Numbered from the stretch's first letter, positions 36,350 through 46,103 are shown. The stretch: 64,000 bases of DNA from Myxococcota bacterium (GCA_041288095.1 JBGGMJ010000212.1:10415-74414), one strand, 5' to 3'. Numbers and translations: made by a program. The notes: generated by a model from the sequence alone, not told the origin.

Positions 36350-38413
36350 ATGATGGTCGAGGCGGTCAACCGTCTCTTTGCTCGCCTCGGCCTTTCCAGT
36401 GCGCCGAGCGAACCGGCTTTGCCGCCGTTTCGTCCGGAAGATATTTGCACCTCCGATCCGGAGCGCCGCGTCCCACCGAGCTTCCTCGGTGAGGCGCGGC
36501 CTTCGGCCGTCGCCCACCATCACGGCATCGCACCGGCGCCACGCGTAGCGGCTCCGCTATCGCGTCCCACCACCTGGACGCCCCAGCAGTACGAGCGCTT
36601 CGCGGCACGGGTCCGCGAGTATCTCGCGCAAAACGACACCCTCCTGCCGCATCATGCCGCTTGGCACGAGGTGAACGGCCCCGGCGGCTCGCGCGGCCCC
36701 GGCTCGGGCACCGCTTTCTTGCAGATGCATCACGAGATGATCGTCGACATGGAGCGCTTCATCCGCGCCTCGGGGCGCGACCTCGATCTGGTGCCGCTGG
36801 TCGAATGGCGGCCGACGCAGGAGGTGCCGCCGCAGCTCGGTAACGTCGAACGCTACTCGACCACCCCGAACGTGCGCACGCCGTCGTGGCTCACGAGCGA
36901 GGGTGGCACGGAGCGCGCGCCGATCTTCGGTTACACCCGCCTCGCCGACTTCAAGAGCCTCGACGAGCTCGGTCGCGCCTTTGGCAGCGGCCCGCCGGAC
37001 AATCTCGGCTACCACGGCGCCGGCCACGCTGGAGTCGGCGGCGTCATGTGGAGTCGCCGCGCGCCCGTCGATCCGGTCTTCTGGCTGTGGCACCGCCACA
37101 TCGACAACATCGTCGAGACCTGGCTTGCGACCGAAAACGGCCGCGCCTGGGCGGCGACCGACGAAGGCCGCGCCTGGCGTGAGGCGACTGGCCACCATCA
37201 CCACGCGGCGCCGGGCGACAAGGTTCACGAGCGCACCGAAGCGCTGCTGCGTATGCGCGCCGCCAACGCCGCCGACTACGAGAGCTACATGTCGGGCTCG
37301 TCCTTCGACCCGCCCGTGAACGCCTGGCCCGCCGACGCGCTGCCGATCAACGTCCAGAGCTCCGAGCGCATGAACCATCTCGGCGTCACGGTGCAGACGC
37401 TCGCAAGCGATCTGCGCGTGCCGTGGGGCATGGCCTTCGCGCCGAACGGCGACGTCTACTTCACCGAGCGCGGTGGCCGCGTTCGCGTCATCCGCGACGG
37501 CGTCGTGCAGTCACAGCCCGTCCTCACCATCCCGGTCGGGGGCGGCGAAGGTGGCCTGCTCGGCATCGCGCTCGATCCGGATTTCGCGCGCAACAACCTC
37601 GCCTATCTTTACTACACGACACCCGGCTCGACCGAGAACCGCGTCGTGCGCGTGCCGCTCGCGGGCCCCAACGTCGGCCAGCAGTCGGTCATCGTCTCGG
37701 GCATCCCGGCCTCCGGCATCCATAACGGCGGACGCATCGCCTTCGGCCCCGACGGCAAGCTCTACATCACCACCGGCGACGCGGCGCGCTCGAACAGCGC
37801 CCAGGACCTGCGCTCGCTCGGCGGCAAGATCTTGCGCGTCAACAGAGACGGCTCCGCTCCCGCGGACAACCCCTTCGTGGGTCGTGCCGATGCCGACGCG
37901 CGCATCTGGACCTACGGCCACCGCAACCCGCAGGGTCTATCCTGGAACAGCCGTGGCGAGCTGATCGCCAGCGAGCTCGGCGGCGCCTCGCAGGACGAGA
38001 TCAATCTCATTCGTCCCGGCAGCAACTATGGCTGGCCCGAGGCCCAGGGCGACTCGCACCGCCCGCCGTTCACGGCACCGCTGGCTCATGCCGGCCGCAA
38101 CCCGAGCTGGGCCCCATCGGGCGGCACGTTCCTCACCAGCGGCAAGATCCCGCAGTGGCAGGACCGCTATTTCATGGCGATGCTCGGCTTTGGCCCTGGC
38201 GCCGCGCGCGGCCTGCGGATGTTCGAGCTCGACGAGAACAACCAGGTGCGCAACCAGACCGTGTTGTTCCGTGACGTCTACGGCCGCGTTCGCAACGTCA
38301 TGCAGGGCCCCGACGGTTATCTCTACGTAACCACCAGCAACCATGATGGTCGCGGCGAGCCCGGACGCGGCGATGATCAGATCCTGCGCATCGTCCCGAG
38401 CACGGCGCGCTGA
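36350..38413 (+). CDS. tyrosinase (type-3 copper) domain + PQQ-dependent sugar dehydrogenase fusion (copy B2)
   Basis: CuA-like HHAAWH...FLQMHHEM; CuB YHGAGH...GGVM...APVDPVFWLWHRHID; then a GSDH domain paralogous to 33585..34925. Confidence 0.88.
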   Translation: MMVEAVNRLFARLGLSSAPSEPALPPFRPEDICTSDPERRVPPSFLGEARPSAVAHHHGIAPAPRVAAPLSRPTTWTPQQYERFAARVREYLAQNDTLLPHHAAWHEVNGPGGSRGPGSGTAFLQMHHEMIVDMERFIRASGRDLDLVPLVEWRPTQEVPPQLGNVERYSTTPNVRTPSWLTSEGGTERAPIFGYTRLADFKSLDELGRAFGSGPPDNLGYHGAGHAGVGGVMWSRRAPVDPVFWLWHRHIDNIVETWLATENGRAWAATDEGRAWREATGHHHHAAPGDKVHERTEALLRMRAANAADYESYMSGSSFDPPVNAWPADALPINVQSSERMNHLGVTVQTLASDLRVPWGMAFAPNGDVYFTERGGRVRVIRDGVVQSQPVLTIPVGGGEGGLLGIALDPDFARNNLAYLYYTTPGSTENRVVRVPLAGPNVGQQSVIVSGIPASGIHNGGRIAFGPDGKLYITTGDAARSNSAQDLRSLGGKILRVNRDGSAPADNPFVGRADADARIWTYGHRNPQGLSWNSRGELIASELGGASQDEINLIRPGSNYGWPEAQGDSHRPPFTAPLAHAGRNPSWAPSGGTFLTSGKIPQWQDRYFMAMLGFGPGAARGLRMFELDENNQVRNQTVLFRDVYGRVRNVMQGPDGYLYVTTSNHDGRGEPGRGDDQILRIVPSTAR

Positions 38414-38416
38414 CCG

Positions 38417-39286
38417 TCAACGAAGCCGCTCGAGCTTCTCCTTGAACGCGACGCAGGGATCCGGTCGCGGGACCGGCGCCGTCGTCCAGACGACGTCGTA
38501 GCCCGCGGTCATCGCGCCATCCTCGACGAAGCCAATCGAGAGGACCTGGTCCGGCGACACGCCCGGCGCATGAGCGGCATGGAACGCCGCACCGTGAGCG
38601 CGGCTCGCATGCTCGCCACCGGCGATGAGCACGGCGCCGTCGCGCGTCGCCGAGGCCAACATGCGCTGCGCGAGATGCGCATCGCGGAGCTCTTGCGCCG
38701 AGGCCATGACCTTCACGGACGCGTCGTCGGCGTAGCCACAGTGGCCCTTGCGCACGTTGTCCTCGATCACGGACCGCCCCGCCGCGTCGAGCGAGGCGGT
38801 GAAGCCGAAGGCAGCGGGCGTCTCGCCCTTCTTGCTCGCGGCCATCAACGCCTCGCGACCGATGTTGCCGCCAACGATGGGCAGACGACCGGTCATGGCG
38901 ATGCGCACCAGCGGCTCGTACATCGCGTAGCTAGGCCAGCCTCGCTGCTCCCAACCGACCGCTTCACCGAAGGTCGCGGGGTCGCGCTGCTGGAGGATGA
39001 CGGGCGTCTGATCGACCTCGAGCATCTCGAAGACGAGCGCCGGTCTGCGGCCCGCCGCGACCAGGGCCTGCAAGACCTCGGCCTGCAAGGCGTGGTGCCG
39101 GGGGTTGTCGTGCAGCTCGCCGAGAAAGACGAAGCGCGCCTGGCGCGCTGCCGCGAACACGGACTCCGGCCCCGTGGCTGCTCCGCGCATCACGATGCTC
39201 TCGCCCGGCGGCGCGGCGGCGACCGAAGCTTTCCGCTGTGGCGTACACGCCCCGAGCAGCACCACCAAGAGCGCAAGAGCTCGCAT
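38417..39286 (-). CDS. ChaN family (heme-uptake-like) lipoprotein
   Basis: LLGAC lipobox; FLGELHDNPRHH, FEML, GHCG, AQELRDAHLA, LIAGGEH. Confidence 0.85.
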   Translation of the reverse strand: MRALALLVVLLGACTPQRKASVAAAPPGESIVMRGAATGPESVFAAARQARFVFLGELHDNPRHHALQAEVLQALVAAGRRPALVFEMLEVDQTPVILQQRDPATFGEAVGWEQRGWPSYAMYEPLVRIAMTGRLPIVGGNIGREALMAASKKGETPAAFGFTASLDAAGRSVIEDNVRKGHCGYADDASVKVMASAQELRDAHLAQRMLASATRDGAVLIAGGEHASRAHGAAFHAAHAPGVSPDQVLSIGFVEDGAMTAGYDVVWTTAPVPRPDPCVAFKEKLERLR

Positions 39287-39810
39287 CAGAATGACCACTC
39301 GAGACCAATGCCCGAAACGAACGTGTTCATCCCTCCGACGGCGCCGGCGATACGCAGGGTCGCAGCGACGTGTTTGCTCAGGGGCAAGCCGACGAGCGCG
39401 TGTCCCGCTCCGTTCAAGCCACGCCGGGCACCGTCGACATTCTGAGCGACCGTGTAGCCGACACCGAGCCCGCCCTCGAGGATGACCGGACCGTGCCAAC
39501 GATAAACCACCAAGGCGTCGGCGAGACCGCCTCGCCCACCCTTCGACGTGTTGATCATGGCGCCGTCGAGCCGCAGACCAAAGCGGTGCGTGCGTCCCCA
39601 CATGATGCCGGTGCCGATGCCGAACGCGACCCCCGAAAATCCCGAGCTGCAGTCATTTTCGACCAGGCGGCCATCCACCGTGAGCACGACGGTCTGGCAG
39701 GGAATCGTCGTCCCGATGACGCCGTAACCTGCCCCGACGCCGAAGACGAAATGCGCCTGAGGGCCGCGGCCATCGATGTGTCCGGCCACCGCCAAGCCAG
39801 CGATGAGCAA
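39286..39810 (-). CDS. putative outer-membrane beta-barrel protein
   Basis: Gly-rich amphipathic strands; C-terminal GLEWSF; TGATG coupling to the ChaN gene; start uncertain. Confidence 0.6.
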   Translation of the reverse strand: MLIAGLAVAGHIDGRGPQAHFVFGVGAGYGVIGTTIPCQTVVLTVDGRLVENDCSSGFSGVAFGIGTGIMWGRTHRFGLRLDGAMINTSKGGRGGLADALVVYRWHGPVILEGGLGVGYTVAQNVDGARRGLNGAGHALVGLPLSKHVAATLRIAGAVGGMNTFVSGIGLEWSF

Positions 39811-40040
39811 CGCAGGTGAAACGATGGCAAAACCTCAGGTGTTGGTCTGACACACACCGCCCAGCGCCGCCACCTCGCCACCCGCTGGAACCGGCGAAGT
39901 CTCGAGCATTTAGCCAAGCCCCCTCGCGCCCACCTAAAAAAAGCTGCGAACACACATCGCAAACGTCTCCAAGTCGGTGATAACTTTCGGGTCCGGTCCC
40001 CCGACCCCCCCAAATGGTTATCCCCCAGGAGAGTTTGTCA

Positions 40041-41123
40041 ATGCGGGTAGCAGCCCAAGCTGTCGTAGCAGCAGTGTGTCTAGTCATGTCCTCGGCGTGC
40101 GGTTTGTTCGCTGGCGCGGTCAGTAACGCCACGGCTCAGGACATCAGCGCCGACTTGTTTCCCCCAGCCGAGCTCGGTGGCGAGCCGGTTCAGCCGCTGC
40201 AGTTCCAAGCACTCGCTTCGGACGGCACGCCGACCTACGGCTTGCCCGACGAGGCCGACACCAGCGCTTGGGGTCCGGTGATCTACGCGCACATCCGCGC
40301 GCTCGACTCGGGTGATAGCGAAGGCGTCTTCGAAGTTCAGGTGGCGTCCTTCACCCAGGAGACGGCGCAGAACCTGCTCTTCACCGTCGCCGTCAGCTCG
40401 CGCGACGGTCGCGTCTTCGCGATGGAAGGCCAGACCGGCGAGACCAATCCGACGAGCTGCTCGTTCGTCGTCGCCTCGGGCAGCAACGGCTCGACCCTCG
40501 GCAGCCGCATCACCACCTGTCTCGTCGACTGGGTGCGCGGCAACGGCATTCCGGCGCAGCTCGACTACGACGTCGCGGTCACTACCACCAGCCAGCCTGG
40601 TCAGCAGGTCTCGGGCCTGCCGTTCGCGCACGAGCACACGGAGACCTTGGTCGCCAAGCGCCAGCTCGAGCAGGAATGCTTCGAGCGCAACCTGAGCTTG
40701 GGGGCCGGCGTCCTCGACAACATCGACTACATCGAGCTCCGGGATCTGAGCGTCGAAGGCAACGCGACGGTGAGCGTCAACGTTCAGGTGCAGGCTTGGG
40801 CGCAAGTGTTGCCGGCCATCCCGCTGACTCCGGGCACCAGCGTCACCATGAACGCCGCGGTTCCCGCGAACACGCCGCGCTCGTACCGCTTCGACGGCAA
40901 GAACGAGACCGCCAACGACTTCAACGCGCAATTCACGCCGGCGATGGGCGGCTGGATGTACAAGACCCTCGACCTCGCGATCGAAGGCGCGGTGTTGGCC
41001 CGCGAAGGCGCCCCGCACAAGGCGGTGGTCGGCTGTTACACGGTCTACGGCGACGCGCCGCGCACCGGCACCATCACGTTCGTCATCAAGGGCGAAGCTG
41101 CGTTCACCACCGAGGCTCACTGA
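40041..41123 (+). CDS. hypothetical lipoprotein
   Basis: RBS AGGAG; VCLVMSSAC lipobox-like signal; beta-rich. Confidence 0.75.
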   Translation: MRVAAQAVVAAVCLVMSSACGLFAGAVSNATAQDISADLFPPAELGGEPVQPLQFQALASDGTPTYGLPDEADTSAWGPVIYAHIRALDSGDSEGVFEVQVASFTQETAQNLLFTVAVSSRDGRVFAMEGQTGETNPTSCSFVVASGSNGSTLGSRITTCLVDWVRGNGIPAQLDYDVAVTTTSQPGQQVSGLPFAHEHTETLVAKRQLEQECFERNLSLGAGVLDNIDYIELRDLSVEGNATVSVNVQVQAWAQVLPAIPLTPGTSVTMNAAVPANTPRSYRFDGKNETANDFNAQFTPAMGGWMYKTLDLAIEGAVLAREGAPHKAVVGCYTVYGDAPRTGTITFVIKGEAAFTTEAH

Positions 41124-41163
41124 GCCTCGTCCGCTAAAAACGACACCATTTCTGGAGATTAAC

Positions 41164-41904
41164 GTGATGCGAATGATTCGTGCGGCTTTGGCTATTTCGA
41201 CGATGATGTGGGCGGGAGTCGCCCAAGCTCAGGACACCAGCGACGTGCCGCCGGCCGAGACACCGGCCACCACGTCGTCGGCGACGGTGGAGACGGCGGA
41301 GAGCGCACCGGTGACCCCGGCGGCGGACCCGGCGCCCGCGGAGAGCCAACCCATGAGCACCACCATGACGGTGGAGCAAGCACCGATGCCCAGCCGTGGC
41401 ATCGAGCGCGGCAATTGGTACGTGGGCATCGGTCTCGGCGTCGGTGGCTCGAGCCTCGCCGATGACGCCATCGGCGGCGGTCTCGCCGGCATGACGAGCT
41501 TCCGAGCCGGCGCCATCATCGCCGACCGCTTGCTCGTCGGCGGCCAGATGTCGCTCGCCGGCCAGTTCAACAAGTGGGCGGCGATGGAGCCGACCGGCTC
41601 GGCGCTGTCGTCTGTCATGGCGGAGGGCATGTACTTCCCGATGGCGGACTTGCCGCTCAACGTCGCGGCTGGTTTTGGCTGGGGCTCGGCCCTCAAGGTC
41701 GGCCGCCTCGCCGACAACGGAGACAGCCCTCGGGTCGTCACCCAGAGCGGCAACGGTGTCGCCTGGATGACCGCTGTTGGCTGGGACTTCTTCGCGGGCG
41801 AAGGGTTCAACCTAGGCCTGCAGGCGCGCTACGACGGCACGCACTCCGGCAACATCGGCGCGAGCCACGCAGGCACCATGAATCTCTGGTTCAACTTCTA
41901 CTAG
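41164..41904 (+). CDS. outer-membrane beta-barrel protein
   Basis: Signal peptide ending AQAQ; Pro/Thr linker; WYVGIGLGVG; C-terminal LWFNFY. Confidence 0.8.
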   Translation: MMRMIRAALAISTMMWAGVAQAQDTSDVPPAETPATTSSATVETAESAPVTPAADPAPAESQPMSTTMTVEQAPMPSRGIERGNWYVGIGLGVGGSSLADDAIGGGLAGMTSFRAGAIIADRLLVGGQMSLAGQFNKWAAMEPTGSALSSVMAEGMYFPMADLPLNVAAGFGWGSALKVGRLADNGDSPRVVTQSGNGVAWMTAVGWDFFAGEGFNLGLQARYDGTHSGNIGASHAGTMNLWFNFY

Positions 41905-41919
41905 AATGTAATGACCGGC

Positions 41920-41950
41920 GCCGCCCGCGACTTTTTGGGTCGCGGGCGGC
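41920..41950 (+). terminator. stem-loop downstream of beta-barrel gene
   Basis: Perfect 12-bp stem GCCGCCCGCGAC / GTCGCGGGCGGC with a 7-nt loop; no clear U-tract. Confidence 0.5.
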
Positions 41951-41995
41951 TCGGACAGCCTCCCTTTCCGCCGCCGGTCTTGTAAAAAGACCGCC

Positions 41996-43162
41996 ATGAC
42001 TTCGTCCCCAGTTCGGCTCGATACCGTCGAGCGGCTGGCCGTCCATGCACCTCCCACAGCGCGCGCCCACTTGCCGGCTCTCACAGCGGCGCGCTTCATC
42101 GCCGCGTTCCAGGTGCTGCTCTTCCACTGCACCAACTGGTCGACGTGGTTGCCTTCGCCGGTGCGAACGTTCGCCTCGACCGGCTACATCGCCGTCGCCT
42201 TCTTCTTCATCCTCTCCGGTTTCATCCTGACCTACACCTACTGGTCACCGATGCGCGCCGGCCTGCGCCTCGGGGTGTTCTACAAGGCGCGCTTCGCCCG
42301 CATCTACCCGATGTACATGGCCGCCCTGCTGCTGGCGTTGCCGTTTTACGCGAAAGCGGTCATGCACGGGCACGGTGGCGCGGCGCGCGGCATCCGCGAC
42401 GCGTTGCTCACCGTGAGTCTCCTACAGGCACACGTACCGAGCGCGGCGCTCACCTGGAATCCGCCGGCGTGGTCCTTGTCGACGGAAGCGTTCTTCTATT
42501 TCTGCTTCCCGTTCGTCTTGCCGGTGCTGCTGCGCGGCTCGATGCTGCGCGCCTGGCTCACCGCTGTCGTCGCGGTCATCGTCGCGGTGGCCCTGCCGAT
42601 AGCGTACCTCGCGATCAATCCCGACGGCATCGGCAGCCCCGATTTCGAGGCGAGCGCGACCTGGCTCAACCTGCTGCGCTATCACCCGCTCGCGCGTTTC
42701 GCCGAGTTCCTCTTGGGCATGTGCGTGGCTCGCGCCTATCTCGACCAACCATCGCTGCGCACACCACGCGCGGCCATGCTGCTGACGGCAACCTCACTCG
42801 CGACGCTGGCTGGGCTGCTCGCTTTCGCGGACCATATTCCCTACGTACTCTTGCACAACGGACTACTCGCGCCGGCGTTCGCCGCCCTGGTGCTCGGGCT
42901 CGCGACGACCACCGCCATCTCGAAGCCTTTACAACGTCGTTGGCTCGTCACGCTCGGCGAGGCCAGCTACGGGCTATACATCCTGCACATCCCGCTCTTC
43001 ATGGCCGCGGGCGCGGTGGCTCGCAAGATCACCGAAGACGGCGACAAGAGCGGCTGGTTCACGCTGGCATTCATCGCCTTCGCGATAGCGATCTCGGCCG
43101 TCGCCTACCGCATGGTCGAAGTGCCGGCGCGCCGCTTTCTGCTCAAGCGTTCCGTCAGGTAG
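41996..43162 (+). CDS. acyltransferase family 3 (OafA-like) membrane O-acyltransferase
   Basis: LPALTAARFIAA, AVAFFFILSGFIL, RFARIYP, WSLSTEAFFY, LGEASYGLYILH. Confidence 0.92.
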   Translation: MTSSPVRLDTVERLAVHAPPTARAHLPALTAARFIAAFQVLLFHCTNWSTWLPSPVRTFASTGYIAVAFFFILSGFILTYTYWSPMRAGLRLGVFYKARFARIYPMYMAALLLALPFYAKAVMHGHGGAARGIRDALLTVSLLQAHVPSAALTWNPPAWSLSTEAFFYFCFPFVLPVLLRGSMLRAWLTAVVAVIVAVALPIAYLAINPDGIGSPDFEASATWLNLLRYHPLARFAEFLLGMCVARAYLDQPSLRTPRAAMLLTATSLATLAGLLAFADHIPYVLLHNGLLAPAFAALVLGLATTTAISKPLQRRWLVTLGEASYGLYILHIPLFMAAGAVARKITEDGDKSGWFTLAFIAFAIAISAVAYRMVEVPARRFLLKRSVR

Positions 43163-44795
43163 GCTGGGCGTCGCGCTCGCGAACGCGCACCCGATGCACG
43201 GCGTCTGCTAGTGCTCGTGCGTCTTCCTCGCGGATCCGCGCGGCGAAAACGGCGCGCAGACGAACGACGCTGATGGCGTTGTAGCCGCCCTGGCCGTTGC
43301 TCAAATACGTGCGCAAGACCGCCAGTTGCTCGTCACGCGTAAGCTCGGAGAGGCGACGTAGCCTGCCGTCGGCGCTCAAGAGGGCTTGGTAGGCGGCCGG
43401 GTGCTGCTCGCGCAGGTCGTGAGTAAGGAAGAGCTCATCGGCCGCGACCGCATAGCCTATGCGCTCGAACAGACGGTCCCCGGCGTAAGCACCGTCGCCG
43501 AGTATCGCACGCACCTGCTCGGTCATGTACCCCAGCGCGAGGCGAGGGTTGACCATCTGGTCCAAGGCGATGGCGCTCGCCGAAAAAGGCTGCGATTGCG
43601 TCGTGAGGTCCAGCATCGCGAAGCGCCAAGAAGGCGAATAGCGCTGCACCGCGAGCACGGACTCCAGAGCCAGCTCGCCTTCGCGGACATTGCGGCGCTG
43701 TCCCAGGGAAGCCGCATAGAAGCCGCTCTGGGTCCGAACGATGTCACGGAAGTGCGCGTAGGCGACGTGTTGATAGACCTCGATCGGATAATCACCGGCG
43801 GCGCGCTCACGTAGGAAGCGAGCGTGCGTCGCGGGCGCCGATGCGACCTGCGCGAGTAACCGATCATAGGCGGTGTCCAGGTCGGCGCGGTGCGCTTCGC
43901 GCAGGCCACGCAGCTGAATCGCGTCGGTGTTTGTGAGCGGATTGACGCGGCCTTCCGTGCCTGGCCGAACACCGAACTTCCAGGTCTCGGCGAACCGCAG
44001 CACCCGCTGGCGCAGGAAGACATCGTCGATGACGACGCCATCGGGCCCCATCGCGAAGTGGCCAGGGAACTCACGCTGGAAGAATCCCGCGTAGTAGCTG
44101 TCGACGCCGTTCATCACCGGCGTCGTGTAGATCCAGCGAACGTCGCGCGGCGGCAGATTGAAGAACGACACGCGGTCGCTCTCACTTTGCTCGCGGGCGG
44201 TGGCTTGCAGATCGAACGTGTGGGGCGAGTTCGGGAAGATGATTGGCCGCACTGTCATGCCGTGGCGCGTTCGCAGGTCGCCCAAGAACTGGGCGTCCGA
44301 GAGAGCCGCCGCTAAAGCGTACACACCCGCCTCATCGGTAACGCGCTCCGGGACCGGAGTCGCCGCGCTGCCGTTGCCGAAGTGGTGGCGAAACGCGTCC
44401 AGCCTCTCCTGCAGCGCCGGGTAGTAGGCGCCCTGCTCGTAGGGCCGCGAGACGTAGTGGTCGTAGACCATGAAAACGAGGTCGCGATAGGCGCGCAGCG
44501 GCGAGCCGCGCTCGTTCATACGGGCGTTGTCAGCGGCCCAGGGGCGGTAGTCCAGCAGATAGGCCGGGCTGCGCAGGAGCTCGGGATCCATGCTCAGCGC
44601 CGGGGCGCTCTCGCCCGGGCCCCCCGGCACGGCAAGCTCGAGCTGCGGGTTCGGCACCCCCTGCACTCTGAGGATGTGCGGTCTCGAGCTCATGCCGGTG
44701 CGAGGTGCAAGGACGGGTGCCGAGCGCGCTGGCGCGGCATATTCAGGCGCGACAGGGGCGGCGCGGCCAACGGCTTCGATTGCAGGAACTGTCAT
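43155..44795 (-). CDS. hypothetical protein, paralog of 55679..57286
   Basis: Colinear similarity, e.g. ERAAGDYPIEVYQHVAY vs ERAAGDYPAEVYQHVAY; start MTVPAIEAVGR chosen by analogy to the paralog. Confidence 0.85.
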   Translation of the reverse strand: MTVPAIEAVGRAAPVAPEYAAPARSAPVLAPRTGMSSRPHILRVQGVPNPQLELAVPGGPGESAPALSMDPELLRSPAYLLDYRPWAADNARMNERGSPLRAYRDLVFMVYDHYVSRPYEQGAYYPALQERLDAFRHHFGNGSAATPVPERVTDEAGVYALAAALSDAQFLGDLRTRHGMTVRPIIFPNSPHTFDLQATAREQSESDRVSFFNLPPRDVRWIYTTPVMNGVDSYYAGFFQREFPGHFAMGPDGVVIDDVFLRQRVLRFAETWKFGVRPGTEGRVNPLTNTDAIQLRGLREAHRADLDTAYDRLLAQVASAPATHARFLRERAAGDYPIEVYQHVAYAHFRDIVRTQSGFYAASLGQRRNVREGELALESVLAVQRYSPSWRFAMLDLTTQSQPFSASAIALDQMVNPRLALGYMTEQVRAILGDGAYAGDRLFERIGYAVAADELFLTHDLREQHPAAYQALLSADGRLRRLSELTRDEQLAVLRTYLSNGQGGYNAISVVRLRAVFAARIREEDARALADAVHRVRVRERDAQPT

Positions 44796-44842
44796 GAAAC
44801 GTAGCCCTCGCCCTTTTCCTCGTTGGAGGCTCTTCGCTTCCA

Positions 44843-44869
44843 TCATCGGCCATCCGTGGCCCGGGTTGC
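44843..44869 (-). promoter_or_regulatory. sigma28-like promoter motif GCAAC-N14-GCCGATGA
   Basis: Intergenic, upstream of ATG 44795. Confidence 0.6.
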
Positions 44870-44894
44870 GGGAAACGTCGCGCGGCCCTAGCTA

Positions 44895-46034
44895 ATGGCC
44901 ATGGACCGAGCTCCCCGACTCATCGCCCTTACGGCTCTCGCAACAGTAACGCTCTTGTCAGCGCATCTCGACGCGGCCGCTCAGCGCACCATCAAGACGA
45001 AAGACGGCCCCATCCACGCCACCCGCGTTGCCGGAGGGCTCGCCCACCCATGGGGCATCGCTTTCCTTCCGGACGGTCGGATGCTGGTCACCGAACGCCC
45101 GGGTCGCCTACGCCTCATCGATGGAAACGGCGCCGTGAGTCCGCCTTTGCGCGGCACTCCCAACGTGGTGGTCACGGATCAGGGCGGCCTGCTCGACGTC
45201 GCGCTGAGCCCGTCCTTCAAAGCGGACCGCTTCGTGTACCTGACGTATGCCGAGCCCGGCGAAGGCGGCGCTTCGACCGCGGTGGCCCGCGGCACTCTGT
45301 CCGCCAAAGAAAACTCCATCGAGGGTCTCGCGGTCATCTTCCGTCAGACACCTAAGGTCGAGGGCCCGAACCATTGGGGCTCGCGCATGGTCTTCGCGAA
45401 GGACGGCAAGCTCTTCGTCACCTTGGGTGAGCGCTTCAAGTTCGACCCCGCGCAAGACACACGGACGACCTTCGGCGCCATCGTGCGCATCGCCGCGGAC
45501 GGTAGCGCTCCCATAGACAACCCCTTCTTCGGTAAGAAGGACACACGCCCGGAGATCTGGAGCCACGGGCATCGCAACGTCCAAGGGGCGGCGATTCACC
45601 CCACGACCGGCGTCCTTTGGGCCCACGAGTTCGGTCCGCGCGGTGGTGACGAGCTCAACATCATCAAAGCCGGCAAGAACTACGGCTGGCCACTCGTCAG
45701 TTGGGGAAAACACTATGACCTCCGCGACATCCCCGATCCGCCGACCCGCCCCGACCTCGAACCGCCCGTGAAGTACTGGGACCCGGTCATCTCGCCATCC
45801 GGGATGACCTTCTACACCGGCGATCTCTTTCCGAAATGGCGCGGCAATCTCCTCATTGGCGGCTTGTCCGCCGAAGCGGTGGTGCGCCTCGGCCTCGACG
45901 GCGACAAGGTCGTCGCCGAGGAGCGCATCGGCATGGGCGAGCGCGTCAGAGCGGTCGCGCAGGCTCCGGACGGGTCCATCGTCGTCCTCACCGACGATGA
46001 CGACGACGGCGCAGTCATTCGTCTCACCCCGTAG
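44895..46034 (+). CDS. PQQ-dependent aldose sugar dehydrogenase (YliI/Asd-like) with Sec signal peptide
   Basis: HPWGIAFLPDG, QGGLLDV, HWGSR, GHRNVQG, GPRGGDELN, NYGWP. Confidence 0.93.
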   Translation: MAMDRAPRLIALTALATVTLLSAHLDAAAQRTIKTKDGPIHATRVAGGLAHPWGIAFLPDGRMLVTERPGRLRLIDGNGAVSPPLRGTPNVVVTDQGGLLDVALSPSFKADRFVYLTYAEPGEGGASTAVARGTLSAKENSIEGLAVIFRQTPKVEGPNHWGSRMVFAKDGKLFVTLGERFKFDPAQDTRTTFGAIVRIAADGSAPIDNPFFGKKDTRPEIWSHGHRNVQGAAIHPTTGVLWAHEFGPRGGDELNIIKAGKNYGWPLVSWGKHYDLRDIPDPPTRPDLEPPVKYWDPVISPSGMTFYTGDLFPKWRGNLLIGGLSAEAVVRLGLDGDKVVAEERIGMGERVRAVAQAPDGSIVVLTDDDDDGAVIRLTP

Positions 46035-46103
46035 CCGCCGCTCATTCCGCAGTTGCGTCCGCAGCGCCGGAGTGTAACCCTCCCAACAACGAGGAGGGGT
46101 CCC

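Larger units (their letters stand above)
32209..38413 (+). repeat. diverged tandem duplication of a two-gene unit (about 32209-34925 and 34957-38413)
   Basis: Shared protein and nucleotide blocks, e.g. TACTGGGGTCGCGTGTCGCC, GGCGGCAAGCCGAAGATGGGCGG, and DALPINVQSS. Confidence 0.9.

Noticed and set aside
39959..39983. GCAAAC...GGTGATAA upstream of lipoprotein 40041 as a sigma28-like motif
   Set aside because: Spacer too short (11 nt) and -10 mismatched.
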